Position numbers and translations under genes: made by a program
Assembly: GCA_963924565.1 (NCBI GenBank)
Contig: OZ004610.1
Location: 14,446,001-14,510,000 of the forward strand
Reading direction: 5' to 3'
DNA length: 64,000 nucleotides
DNA from: Ascidiella aspersa
Lineage: Eukaryota
Notes under the pieces: generated by a model
What the model saw: only the letters and a program-made list of their open reading frames with translations
Told to the model about the DNA's origin: nothing
Database searches by the model: none
Shown: positions 26,579-40,100 of the stretch, one piece after another
Position numbering within the stretch: the stretch's first letter is position 1
How the letters are laid out: each line of letters starts with the position of its first letter

Positions 26579-27823
26579 CTTCCTTCCCTATGTGCCTCTC
26601 GTTATAGTTATATTAATATAATCTATGTTTTAAGAAAGTTTAAAAATGCAATATTTTGACGTTTACTATTTGAGAAAAAGCATATGTTTGCTTACGTTTA
26701 ATGTAGGATACGTTACAGTTAATTGCTGCGCTTAAAAAGCTATCACTTGCGGGCTGATAGAGCATAGATAGATGAATGAATTGTCAGAAAAATATTGCAA
26801 TTGGTAAAAGCAAAAAATAATTTAGGTATAGATTAGAGGTTTAAAAACTGAAGGGTTACAAGGTGGGGGACTCTTCGAGAAAAAATTATCTTTGTTTTTA
26901 TTTATTTAATACTGTTTTGCTTTAGCACTAATATGTCTAACTACTTTTTAGTCGTGACTTGAAAATCCAATCACTTCATCTATATACTCTCTTTGATATA
27001 AATCTAGATTATTTATTTCTTGTATTCAGTTCCAGTGACCTGTATAATATGACAGAATACTTCTACTCACACTGTAGTGGTGTCAGGCGTAATTACACCA
27101 GCCCATTACTCGAAACTTACTTCTGGCCAATTTACTAAGTTATGTTTTTATTTATCTGTAAACACTGCCTGCTAATGCTGTTCATTGCATATATTAAACA
27201 TATTATTCGCATAGGGGGGGAGCTAGTTTCGATAAATTGTGTCAAGTGGGGGCGACCTAAATAGTTTTAAGAACCCCTGAATTGAATGCTCGTGCTTGTT
27301 GTTCACCATTAAGTAGTTGTGAACAATTAAAAACCACCAAGTTAGTTTTAAAGGTTAAGAGATTCACCGCTGAAAGACTTCGTATTTTATAAAGTGATTT
27401 TGTATTTCATTAGGTCGACAATAAGCACGAAAAACTGCGTAGCGTAAAAAGAAAAGCGCGGTAAAAGATTTTTAGCAAAAAACACGGTCAGTGTTGTTAT
27501 TATCAGCAAGTTAAGACGGCGGCGACCATTCGATTAGAAACGAAACTACGAAAATAAAGAGTTAGATCAACTTCGACTTGCGCGAGAAAACGCACAAAAA
27601 GAAAGCGGTCGTTCGAACTACGTGCGAATACAAAAGAGTGAAAACTAGCCTAAACCAACCAGGCGAAAGTTACGTATACAAGGATAAAGTAAGGTAAAGC
27701 GGCGTGATTTGACGGTTTAAGGCGATTGAATGAGGTAGAAACTGCATCCGCAAAATCAAAGAGGAAAAGGCAGCGACCGGCCACGACGAAACCTAACAAT
27801 CCAAAGAGCTGCTATTAAGGCAC

Positions 27824-27829
27824 TTTATT
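27824..27829 (-). terminator. Possible GRIP polyadenylation signal
   Basis: TTTATT on + (AATAAA on -) about 340 nt past the stop. Another candidate lies near 27956. Confidence 0.3.
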
Positions 27830-28168
27830 GAATCTTTCAAGGACGTGATGTAAGATCATATCATACAATCATTCGTGCCGTTCAAAGGAGAACGTAATCC
27901 AAATGATTATTTTGGTTCTACATAATAATCGTATTTATAGAAAGATGATGTCGATTTATTGTATAATCGAAAACGTCGTGCATTACCTTGGGGAGTATAT
28001 TTTATCGGATAAAATATGCGAAACGCTAGAAAAATAAATATATAAAACATTCCTTTTTGAAACAGCTTCCATTTGGGATAGCGCAATAGACAGAAAATGG
28101 CGGCCAAAAGCACAAGTAAAGCAAAACTATTTAAGAAACTGACACAAAACTAGACTGGATTGCGAATA

Positions 28169-31100
28169 TCAATACGCGGGATAGTGGTGGTGCTGGGTCC
28201 TCAAGCTAATGGGGGGCGACAGAACAGGGCGGGCCCGGGGCATATGGGACAGGGGATTGACCGAGTGCCGGGACACCAGCAGGACCAGGGTGGGCTGGTC
28301 GTTGTCCACTAGAGGGATCGTCGAACGACAGTCGGCCTCGTGAGTCGAAGTTCCGTTAACCTGAAAGCATATCACAAAGTTTAGCATTAGGGTGAATCTT
28401 TATAAAATGCAAGACCATCGGCGAGTAGTCAGTCGATAACTGCTCCGCTGACGTGTATATTACCAGGTAAAACTCATAGTTAAAACACGAGTAAAAACAG
28501 GATCAGACGTTTTGTTTAGAAGAAAAAAATAAGGAACTGACGATACCACTTGGCGAAATATGTTTTCCTTCTAAACAAAACGTCTGATCCTGTTTTTACT
28601 CGTGTTTTAACTATGAGTTTTACTTGATAAAGTTTAGCACTATAGTGCAGGGGTTTTTAGACTTTTTTTACCGCGGACCCCTAAAAAAGATTTGCTTCGC
28701 ATGGACCACTGTCGAATGAATTTTTTTAGAGATGTCGTTATAAGTTTACGTCACAATACAAATAGACTTCGAAAATCTGCTGTTTGTGGTCCCAAAAAAT
28801 GTGAAAGTGTGATGGAGTCTAAATACATTCAGTGCGAAAACGTTTTAGTTTTAATTAAACTATTTTCTTTAAAAAAATTATTATTTTTTAAATATATACC
28901 AATATTTTAATTAGGCCTCGTACCCCCAACGGGGTCCATGGACCCCAGTTTAGGAACCCCTGCACTTGCGGGACACTTTGAAACGATACTTTATCAAACT
29001 TTGTGAATGCGCATGATTCGTAAATAAGTTCGACCGCGCGCGAGATTAGTTGCCGGATTGAGTGTCGAACTGTCGTAAGTTTAATCCAAAAACAAAAATA
29101 GCCCAATTAAAACAAAGGAAAGATCAGAAAAAACACGCAGGTGTTAGTTAAACGACATTGGAGTTCAAAAAATATTATTTCTAAATAGATGTTTTTTTTT
29201 TAATATCTCCGAAAGTCTGAGGACTTGCCTGAAGTATACGATCGTAAGGCATCAGTCCTGCCCTGTTGGCCGGACCACCCGGTTTAACGGTGTGCACGTA
29301 AACCCCCTTCTCTATCTGGCCGTCGGACATTGAGAAGCCGAAGTCGTCGCTCTGGCGATCTTTCATCAGCGTCAACTGCAAAACGATCATGGGTTGGGTA
29401 ATTACCCACAGTAAAAATTGCTATCTAGATTTCGCCAAACAGCTATGTTTCACAGCCGTCCTTAAACGATAACGATAATAATTAAGTTCTTATTAACTGT
29501 TTCACAATGGTTTTATGGCACTCATCGCTATTATCTGTGTTCAAAAATTACGGAAAACATTATTTATATTACACGCCGTTTGAAAATCACAAGAGTTTAA
29601 GAAAGAAATAAAAAACATTAGGTATTACACCATAATTATGTTATGAATCTTAGTTTAAATAAAATATAGATTGCACATGGTTCTATTGTAGTCTGTATAC
29701 TATACAGTATACTATACAGTATACTATACAGTATACTATACAGTATACTAGTATACAGTATACTATACAGTATACTAATATACAGTATACTATACAGTAT
29801 ACAAGTATACAGCCTATAGTTTTCGGACTAAAACGTTTTTTCAGATTTCATTAAACCACCTTTTGCAATTGCTGTGGCGACGAGGGCACTTGACCTTTGG
29901 CCGAGTAATCGCCCCATCCACTTCCGTGCGATTCGTACGCTGCGCCCCCTTGTGGAGCGTGATGGTGCCGACTCCCTCCCATGTAAGAGGCAGAAGGACG
30001 GTTGCGGTCCATCGTTGAAATTGTCAGTTTGCTCTGTATTTAATAATCGTCAGTTTGCTGTTTTAGTGACGTGGTTTATGCCAAAACGGGAAATATTTAC
30101 TATTATAACGACAACCCTGTCAGTCAAACCGAGGCAAAAATAATATTTCAACTGTGGATAGCTGTGAAGAAAAGTAAATTCGTTGAAAACAAAATTTAAT
30201 ACCAAAATAAATAGCGAGTGTTTTATATATTCACTGTCTGGACATTTTTACATTTTAGAGACAGAATATTTCTATTCTTAAGGCTTAACATATTATCTTA
30301 AAAACAAAAACTGCACGAACAATTACTAAAATATTTATTTAGCAGGATATAACGTTTTAGGGTTTGCACCTCTAAGTCTTGCATGTATCCGGTCGACTGC
30401 CCTACCGACTGAAGGTCATCCAACGCTCTCTGCCAGTCAGCTACCGACGCCGTTTTGCTGAAATTTAAGAGAAACGTTAAAAATTGAAATTGGACTTCAG
30501 ACTAATCAAATTTTCTGCAAACTAATACCACAAAAAGTGCTTTAAAGCAGCAACTAGCTTACAGCCTTAGATTAAAGTTTTGCTTAAGGGAGAATGATAG
30601 GCATTAGTTAAGTGGTACTTCAGTGAACTGACCTTCTGTCCGGCGCCTTGTAGCTTCGCGCTCTCAGCTGCTCTCGCTTGCCCCAAGTGTCCGAATAGGT
30701 TCGCGAAGGCCCGGTCTCAAACCTTTGGAAGAAAATCAAAGCATTGCAAGTTTAATATATTTCTTGGGTTCAAAATATTTTCAACTTTTTGGCATAAAAC
30801 ATTATTCGCATTAAAACACAAGGTTGGGGTATTTTTTAATCATGTTTTATTTAACTAATATACCAATCACACATCACGTTGTTCCTTTTTTAATCAAAGA
30901 TAGAGAACCATCCAGCTGGCAAAGGTGAATATTTGTTTACTTCCGTGCATTGAGCAACAAAGTCAAAACAAAATCACCCCTAACCAAAGTAAGGCTAAAT
31001 ACGATCGCCACACAAATAAATGTCAACTCACTTGTCGCGCAGTCGAGCAAACTGGGACGATCCGGGGTCGCTTCTCTTTTGCATGCGTAATGCTGCGCTG

Positions 31101-34100
31101 CTCGGCATAGTCGCGCTGCTGTGGGTCGCCCAATCCGTGCTCAGGTGCTGTCGGATGTCGAGGGTCGCCGGTTCGAATCCCGTGCTCGACGCTTTGTTGG
31201 GCGACTGGAGGTTGTGGCTGCCTGAGGCGAAAAAAAAAGTGCTTTAGGCGAAGCGGGAAAATAAGCTAGAAGAAACTTTTTAAGCTAGAAGAAAAAAAAA
31301 TTATAAATATTAGATAACAACGCGACCATAAATGCATTTCCCTATTTATGTAAATGCGAAAATGCTGACTGTGCAAATAGAGCAACCCAATCGCGACGAA
31401 GCCGAGCCGCAATTGCCATACACACACATTCTCCGAACGTTCAAATGGTAGCAACTTTGTAGTTCTGCCCATCGTTTGATGACACTGTGTAGTCTGTATT
31501 ACTGTCTTCCAGAACATGGAGTTCTAAAACTGTTGTCTTAGCACACATTTTGTTGTTACCAAAGTGTTACGTTTATTATTCAATTTTTTTAAGTTTTGAT
31601 TTGCAACGAAATTTAATTGGAAACCTTATCGAAATAAAATCCAAATGCTGGGAGAAATATTTTGGGACGACAAAAAATGACACTTATTTAGTTCCAATAT
31701 ACAAATTAAACAACAGCCTTTCTAACGCAATTGTCTATACAGGGTTTTAATGCGACAGCCGGCTCCAAATGCTTTGCTTAGGAACACGGAGGTACACTAA
31801 ACAAACGGTCAATCACTACTCACTAACATCATTATTCACGTAGTCACGTTTAACTGTTGTTTGGTGTTTCACAACTCTTACCTATGCTGCTTCTTGTTCG
31901 TTGTGTGTCCGCGCTCGAGTTCACCCACGACTCCACTGCACTGTCGATGCTGGGCGCTCCGGCCGGCCCAGGGCGCACACCCCTGTCCTTTTGGGGCATG
32001 GGAGGGTGAAGGTCCCTTTCGGCTTCGTGCGAGGGTGAGTGGTCGGGTAGGGGTCCCATGGGGGGAGGCAGGATGTCGTCTTCGGGGTCGCTTAGTTCGG
32101 AAATCGGCTCGTTCTATTGGTTTAAAAAGTAGGGGTTGATTTTGCTGTTCAACTTTCTGCGAACTGGAACACCACGGCGCATCTGTAAATGTGCATCGAA
32201 TCTCGAAACCAGATCATTTTCGACAAAAAAATGTTGCATTACAAAGGATAATATTTGTTTTTACTTTTAGGCAATTACCCTGGTGCAATCGTCCACTAGT
32301 AAGTTTGTCAATCTGTTATTGTTCTCGCTTATATATATTTAAGGTTCCAAAGTGGTATGCGTTCTTTGTTTAGGAAATCACCTATTTCCGTATTAAACTA
32401 TTTATGAGTAATACCTTGCGGTGGATAAGGATAAGAGGACGTCTGTCCCTAAAAACAAACATTCTATATGGTAACAAACAATATGCCTGACTATAAGATC
32501 TTGTAATTTAATTCCAGGTAACATATAAAAGACTCTTGGACGCTTATTGATAAAAAAAACATAAAATTTAAGAGTCGCAAGTACAAATAACCTGACAGCC
32601 TATCGCCTAACTTTCAAAAGGTACAGTGGTTTTATATGGTTAGATTTATTGAGATTGGTTCTGAGTTTCTCCGAAATTTGAGAATATTCAAAACGAAGAC
32701 ATGGCTCATATTTACAAATTGCTACTGATTAATGCTTATATTTTCTCAAGTTTTCGAATTAAACCCTTACTCCCCAACAAATTTATAGCAAGCGAGGCAT
32801 CATTGGAAAGGTGAGATCAATGTCTATGCAATGTGTTTGGTTTTATGGTGGGATGAAAGTTATTTGTGCCTATTGTGGTCGGATGTTTTTTGGGTGAAAA
32901 ATCGCGATATCGGGACTATTAATAGATTAATATGAAATTTTTAAAACTTTGAAATTTTTTAAATTTTTTTGTTCTTTGGCAAACTACGCCTCTAAAAATG
33001 AACGTGTGAAAGTTTCGTTCGATTGTGATTTTTAATAAGGGTACTAGAGACTTTCAAAAATTATCGCGATATGTCATGAATATTAATATCGGTTTTTGCC
33101 GAATTAAACCCTTACTCCCCAACAAATTTATAGCAAGCGAGGCATCATTGGAAAGGTGAGATCAATGTCTATGCAATGTGTTTGGTTTTATGGTGGGATG
33201 AAAGTTATTTGTGCCTATTGTGGTCGGATGTTTTTTGGGTGAAAAATCGCGATATCGGGACTATTAATAGATTAATATGAAATTTTTAAAACTTTGAAAT
33301 TTTTTAAATTTTTTTGTTCTTTGGCAAACTACGCCTCTAAAAATGAACGTGTGAAAGTTTCGTTCGATTGTGATTTTTAATAAGGGTACTAGAGACTTTC
33401 AAAAATTATCGCGATATGTCATGAATATTAATATCGGTTTTTGCCGAATTAAACCTTTACTCCCCAACAAATTTATAGCAAGCGAGGCATCATTGGAAAG
33501 GTGAGATCAATGTCTATGCAATGTGTTTGGTTTTATGGTGGGATGAAAGTTATTTGTGCCTATTGTGGTCGGATGTTTTTTGGGTGAAAAATCGCGATAT
33601 CGGGACTATTAATAGATTAATATGAAATTTTTTAAAACTTTGAAATTTTTTAAATTTTTTTGTTCTTTGGCAAACTACGCCTCTAAAAATGAACGTGTGA
33701 AAGTTTCGTTCGATTGTGATTTTTAATAAGGGTACTAGAGACTTTCAAAAATTATCGCGATATGTCATGAATATTAATATCGGTTTTTGCCGAATTAAAC
33801 CCTTACTCCCCAACAAATTTATAGCAAGCGAGGCATCATTGGAAAGGTGAGATCAATGTCTATGCAATGTGTTTGGTTTTATGGTGGGATGAAAGTTATT
33901 TGTGCCTATTGTGGTCGGATGTTTTTTGGGTGAAAAATCGCGATATCGGGACTATTAATAGATTAATATGAAATTTTTAAAACTTTGAAATTTTTTAAAT
34001 TTTTTTGTTCTTTGGCAAACTACGCCTCTAAAAATGAACGTGTGAAAGTTTCGTTCGATTGTGATTTTTAATAAGGGTACTAGAGACTTTCAAAAATTAT

Positions 34101-37100
34101 CGCGATATGTCATGAATATTAATATCGGTTTTTGCCGAATTAAACCCTTACTCCCCAACAAATTTATAGCAAGCGAGGCATCATTGGAAAGGTGAGATCA
34201 ATGTCTATGCAATGTGTTTGGTTTTATGGTGGGATGAAAGTTATTTGTGCCTATTGTGGTCGGATGTTTTTTGGGTGAAAAATCGCGATATCGGGACTAT
34301 TAATAGATTAATATGAAATTTTTAAAACTTTGAAATTTTTTAAATTTTTTTGTTCTTTGGCAAACTACGCCTCTAAAAATAAACGTGTGAAAGTTTCGTT
34401 CGATTGTGATTTTTAATAAGGGTACTAGAGACTTTCAAAAATTATCGCGATATGTCATGAATATTAATATCGGTTTTTGCCGAATTAAACCCTTACTCCC
34501 CTACAAATTTATAGCAAGCGAGGCATCATTGGAAAGGTTTACTCCTGCGCTACTTAAAAAAATGAGTTTCAACTTGGGATGAAATTTTTAATTTATTTTT
34601 TATGGCGAATATTAATATTGAATATTAATATTTTTTCGAATATTATTTTTTTTTTTCAAAATCTAAGAAACATAGTCCATTCTCAAGACGGTGGTAAAAT
34701 TTTTTTTCGAAAAAAATATACGTAATTAAGTTTATTTTGACGTTGAAATAATCTGCCAGAAATTATTTGCTGACTAGCTTTTGGTACGCTCACCCGTATC
34801 TCATTTCGCTGGATGGTGCTGGTTGCGAACGAAGGTGGCATGGCTGACGCTTTCCGTACCGCGTCCTGGCCGCCGTGGTGCCGCTTCTCCGCCCCAGGTA
34901 GTTCCCCGTCGGTGCCGGTGGGCGCGGGCAGGTCGGCCAGTTGGCGTCTAATCTTGAGATTAACTACTTCGCCGGCGTGCTGCAGCAGACCGATGGCCTC
35001 GTTAAGGGTCTTGGCTCGCAGCGGTGTGCTGTTGATGGAGAGGATCTTGTCTCCCACGTGGATTGCCCCGGTTCTGTTGCGAAGGAAAAATAGAGTGTTG
35101 AGCCTGCGAGGTTTATTTTTGTTTTTACCATTGAATTAGATAAAGGGTATAGATTAGTGTTTCTTAAATTTTTTTTCATACCCGAAACTTTTGGGTATAT
35201 ACCTGTATTTCTCTTGAATTTCTTGCGGAAGTTTTTATTACATATGCCCAAGTTGCATCAAAAATACTTCAAGTACTGTATGTACACTGAGTTAAGCGTT
35301 AAAGCAGTACTCCTCAACCTTTTTGTCCGTGGCATACCAATTTTTTTTCAATTTTTAATAACTTCGTATACCTCACAAGTCACAAATAGCAATGTTTAAT
35401 TGTGCACAGGAGGTAAAAAAAAAACTGATAATTAATTAATTGTTTGTTAAAGTGATTATAGTAGTCTCGAACTGGGCACAAGAAACTACGCATGCAAAAG
35501 TGCAAAAAACGTCAAAATTGAAGTTGATTTAATGTCTAGCTTGTTGTTGCATTGTTTCGGCAAGTTGGACATAACGTGGTGTTAGCTTTTTGGCGAGTAA
35601 TAACCGCACAACAGGTCCGGTTAAAAGTTTACAAATATGCCAATTGCTGTCTCTGTTGTGACTTCCACTAACACAGAACTAAGCTGTATACCCTTCGTAT
35701 ACCCTTCTCCAGCTGTATACCCTAGTTTTGATCTGGTATACACTTGGGTATACAGTTTACCCGGTTGAATAGCGCACTGCGTTAGAGAAAGTAAAAATGT
35801 AAAAAAAAAATGACCATTGTTGTTTTTACATTGGGATAACTGTTGATAGATGATGACCACTATTTGTCCTTTTGACTGTGCAGTCCAATCCGATTACACC
35901 AAGTTTGCTTATCTTTTAGTGTATATTTACGTTTTTAATTATATTTTGTGTTTTTGATATTTAAACGGTTGGCATGTACTTATTTTTAATTATTATTATT
36001 ATTAGGTTGAATTCTGAACTGAGTCGCCAATTGTAAACTTTTGTGATTTGAATGTTTATTTAAAAACATCCCAGTAATTTGTCAATTTTAATGTTTTCCG
36101 TTTAAATGTAAAAAAAATCGAAAGTCATTAATTTTTATACGATTTAGCACATCTGTCGAAATTATTTTCAGCGAGAAGAATAGCTTACACACATAAGACC
36201 TCATTTGCCGTGTTTGAAAAGTTTCTTTCTTGACATAAAATACACGTATAGCAGGGATGGCTCGCTTAAATCACCTGGAAGCCAGCCCACCCGGGGTAAG
36301 TCCGGAAATGACGATGGGGTCGAATTTTTCATCAGTCCCCGATATGGTGATCCCCAACGGACCCCCGTACCGCTTCAACTCGACAGTGTATGTAATGGCG
36401 CCGCTGGTGTCAGCATCCTCTGCAATGAAAAATGAATTATTTAGGCAAATTTTTAAAAACTGTAGTTGGTCAGAAGTCTGGTTTAGGTAACAAAAAAATG
36501 ATCGTGTAAAGTTCGGTAATAATTTATAATAATTGCGTTTATTCATTGTAGTGGCAACTGCCAAAGCCCATATTTTATATGTCAGAAATAAGTAAACTGA
36601 GTTTTTTATGGCGATATTTTAAACTTTCTTTAAATCAACAACTAAAATGAAACTTTCAGACGTCGAAGGGTAAAAATATTTACCATTTTTATATATTTAA
36701 AAAATACTGCTTTATTTTGATTTTGTCCAATAACCAATTATAAGATTTATGACGTTCTACCTACGTCATCCGCAGTTTTTATGACGATTCAAAAACGAAC
36801 CAACCTCGATTTGGTCGAAGCCCTACAACTTAGTTTTTAAGAAAGGGTTTTAAACTGGGGTCTAATAAACCCTCGAGGGTAGAATTGGTGACTGGAATGC
36901 AATTAGAAATGTGAATAAATGCACGAATCCGAAATTTGTACTAAACAAAACATATTCAACTGTTTCAACCATCAATAAGACGCAGCATACGCCAAAGAAA
37001 AAAAAACGCACCAGAATTCTCCTCGTCCTTAACGATCTTGAGGCGTACGACGTCTTCAGCGCTGGCGAGGAGGGCGTGTGCGTCATCGGCGCTGCATCCG

Positions 37101-40100
37101 TCCAACCTGACCCCGTCGATGCTGACCAGTCGGTCGCCGGCCTCCAGCGTTCCGGTCCGGTGAGCAACCGAGCCCCGCTTCACCTCGGCGATCATGAGGG
37201 CGTCCTCGTTGTGCAGACCTGCCACCATACGAGTTGCTACACTTTTATCGTGTATAGCTGTTTGTCATAAACTGTGTGTTGCGACACAACATTGCACCCT
37301 AAACAATGCTGTGCCGCGTAGCTTTTGTTATTTGGGAAGCTAACCTATTTATACCGCAAACACGCATACAAGACTTGAAAACACGCATACAAACACTTGC
37401 TTTTAGAAAACTTATAATAATAAATTATCCATCTATTTGCTTTCTATATAGTATGAAATAATTGTCAAGTTATAAAATTGTTGTTTTGTAACAACGGGGC
37501 AGCGAATGCAATTTTTTTATTTTTTCACTGTTCCGCATGCTAACAAGTCTGATAACCACTGATGTATAGCATAGTATAAATTTGACAGAAACTTCCTTTG
37601 GACCAAAAAAATTACAACATGCTACATGCCACCGCAATGGTTAAAGTATAAACAATGGAAACGAGTGAAAAAGGAAATTTCTTGGTTGGGCAATATGACA
37701 TAAATGTTTTTCAATCTTAAGATGTATTTTAAAAAAAAAATTAGCTAATGGATGCGATTCCAGAGCTTTTGAAGTCAAATGTATGGATATTATTTAACAA
37801 AAAAGTGTCGCACGTCAAATCAAAATATTTCAAAATCAGTCTACCTGTTTATGAGCAAAGCTATTAAATTTTCTTAATATTTCCTTAAAATGAAAAGCCA
37901 TGATACTGAGAATATTTGTAATTTTTAAGCAAGGGAATATTTAGTAGTACGTCCGCTTACCGCTGACCACAATGCCCAGATCGACACCCCTCCTCTTAGC
38001 AAGCTTGGCGTGGAAAGTCCCGCTACTGGGAACGACCGACTCCGCAACGTCGAACTCCAGCTCGAGAACCACCTGTCAATCAAATCGCTGCCATCATTCA
38101 AGTGATTGCTAGTGGCATTACACAATGCTTGGATGACATGCATTAGTGTGATTTATTAATACTTTATTTACGTATGTTTTATTGACGATAAACAGTGCTA
38201 TTTATTTAATTAGGTTTCTTTGTTTGCCTTACCTCGGAGTTATGACAGAGGTTTTTCAAAAAATAATATATATTACGTTCTTGTTTCGTAGGAAGATTAG
38301 GTCTAGTCCGGGTAACGTCAAATGCTATCTAGTTTAAAATTACTTTTATAATTAAAGTTATGTAAACCTATGGTATTGAAGTTTCTACCCTTTTTTTAAA
38401 AAATATTAGAGCCCGTTTAAGATTTAAAAAAAGGAAACAAAATCTGAAGTATTAAAAAGAAAACAAAAAGCGATCGCAGATGCACAGCGTAGCAAAAGAA
38501 TTTTAGAAAATCGATTTCCGCATTCCACAAGCTCGTTAACGGCGACAAAACAACACTCGACTGGCGAAAGCGAACAAACTGACCTGTCCAGAACAATAGG
38601 CGTCACTCAGCATGAGACTGGCGTCATCCATAGAACATTCCTCGCACCCATATCCGTTGATCGACACGATACGGTCGCCGGCCTGAATCATTCCGCACCT
38701 AGAAAGGCAGGGGGTTAAACCACACGAAACTCACGTAAAAATATTTTCTACCGCCTTTAAACAAACAATATCAATGTTACAAATTTAGTTATTATAGCCA
38801 CTTTGTGCTGAATAATGCATTTGGCCGCTGGAATCGCCGTTCGGATCGACTATCAGCCGACTCAGTATCCCTGAAGGGATAGGACTTGTGAATTTCGTAG
38901 CCTCCGTTTTCTCAGCGCTACGTGATCTTTTTGTGTGCGATTTTGTTTGTATTGCGTTATATTGCGCCGCCATTCGTCGGGTGGATACCGAGAGAATCGG
39001 ACGTATTTTGAGCACAGTTTGCAATCTTGGGGTTAGAAAAAACCTGTAGACTAATGCTAACACTTGGTATAAATGTGTGTTTGCCTTACACTGATTGTCG
39101 TACTGGCTACTAAACGTATTGCTTAAGAAGTTAAAGTCAATTCTTATTCTTAACAACTACTTTGTAGATCGTGTCCCGAACTGGTCTGCGACAATCAGGA
39201 TTTACATTTACAGGTTAGAATTAGTTAATGATGCAGTTAGGCTTGGGTTTCGGGTTGGGTAAAAGGTTTATTACGACCGTATAGATCCTATACCGACTGG
39301 TTTATTTCCATTCACACCTTTAACCGACTATCGGGTTATTAGTCCGTTTTTGGTCTTATTTCGACCGGTGATTTATTCAATCGATAAGGTTATCCCAATT
39401 TCGTTCAATGCTGGAGTCCCTGGAATGCACCGGGGCTTCAATAACATAATCCCTAAGTAAAAATACTGTGTATTTATCTCAAATTATCTAAGAGTACACG
39501 AAGCAGAATAATCAAATTCGTTTTGAAAATATTCTCGGCTCAGTTCCTGGCACGAACCTGTCGGCTGCGCTTTCCGGTTCGATATAGGCGATTACCGGCG
39601 ATCCGATCTCGGTGGCGAACACGCTTCCCTGCAGCTGGATGCCGAATGTTCCAGAAGCAGATGATGACGTCAGCGGGTCGCACGCGTCGTCCAAGGTCAT
39701 GAGGTGAACTTCGTTGAGCTCCGTATGCACAACCTGGTTGCCGCTGAGGTAGTCGGTGGAGGCGAGCGACACTGGAAGTTGATGAAGCGTGTTATGGCTT
39801 TCAAATGATGCATTCGATTGTTACGTCATTTCGGCAGGCTTGTTTTGTCTATTGAGTTAAGTTTTAAGCGATTTGAACGTTTATACCCGTTGTAAAGACT
39901 GCTTAACTTACTAAGTGAGTGTAGCTCAAGCGTCTGCACCAAGCGCGAAGCACAAAGCTTACAGATAATATAGATTTTTAAAGTAAAAAAGCAAAAAATA
40001 AAGCAAGCGTAGTACAAAATTGAAACGACCACAAACTACCACCGGTTTTAAAATTTAGCAATTAATTTTTAACAGTACGATTGCGAATGAAAACAATTGG

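Noticed and set aside
31160-31190. GGTTCGAATCCC B-box/T-arm-like motif on +
   Set aside because: It lies antisense within GRIP coding exon 31032-31221 (STGFEPATL), with no A box or cloverleaf; probably chance.
32755-34538. Array considered as CRISPR-like
   Set aside because: Units are identical end to end with no unique spacers, the context is eukaryotic, and there are no cas genes.
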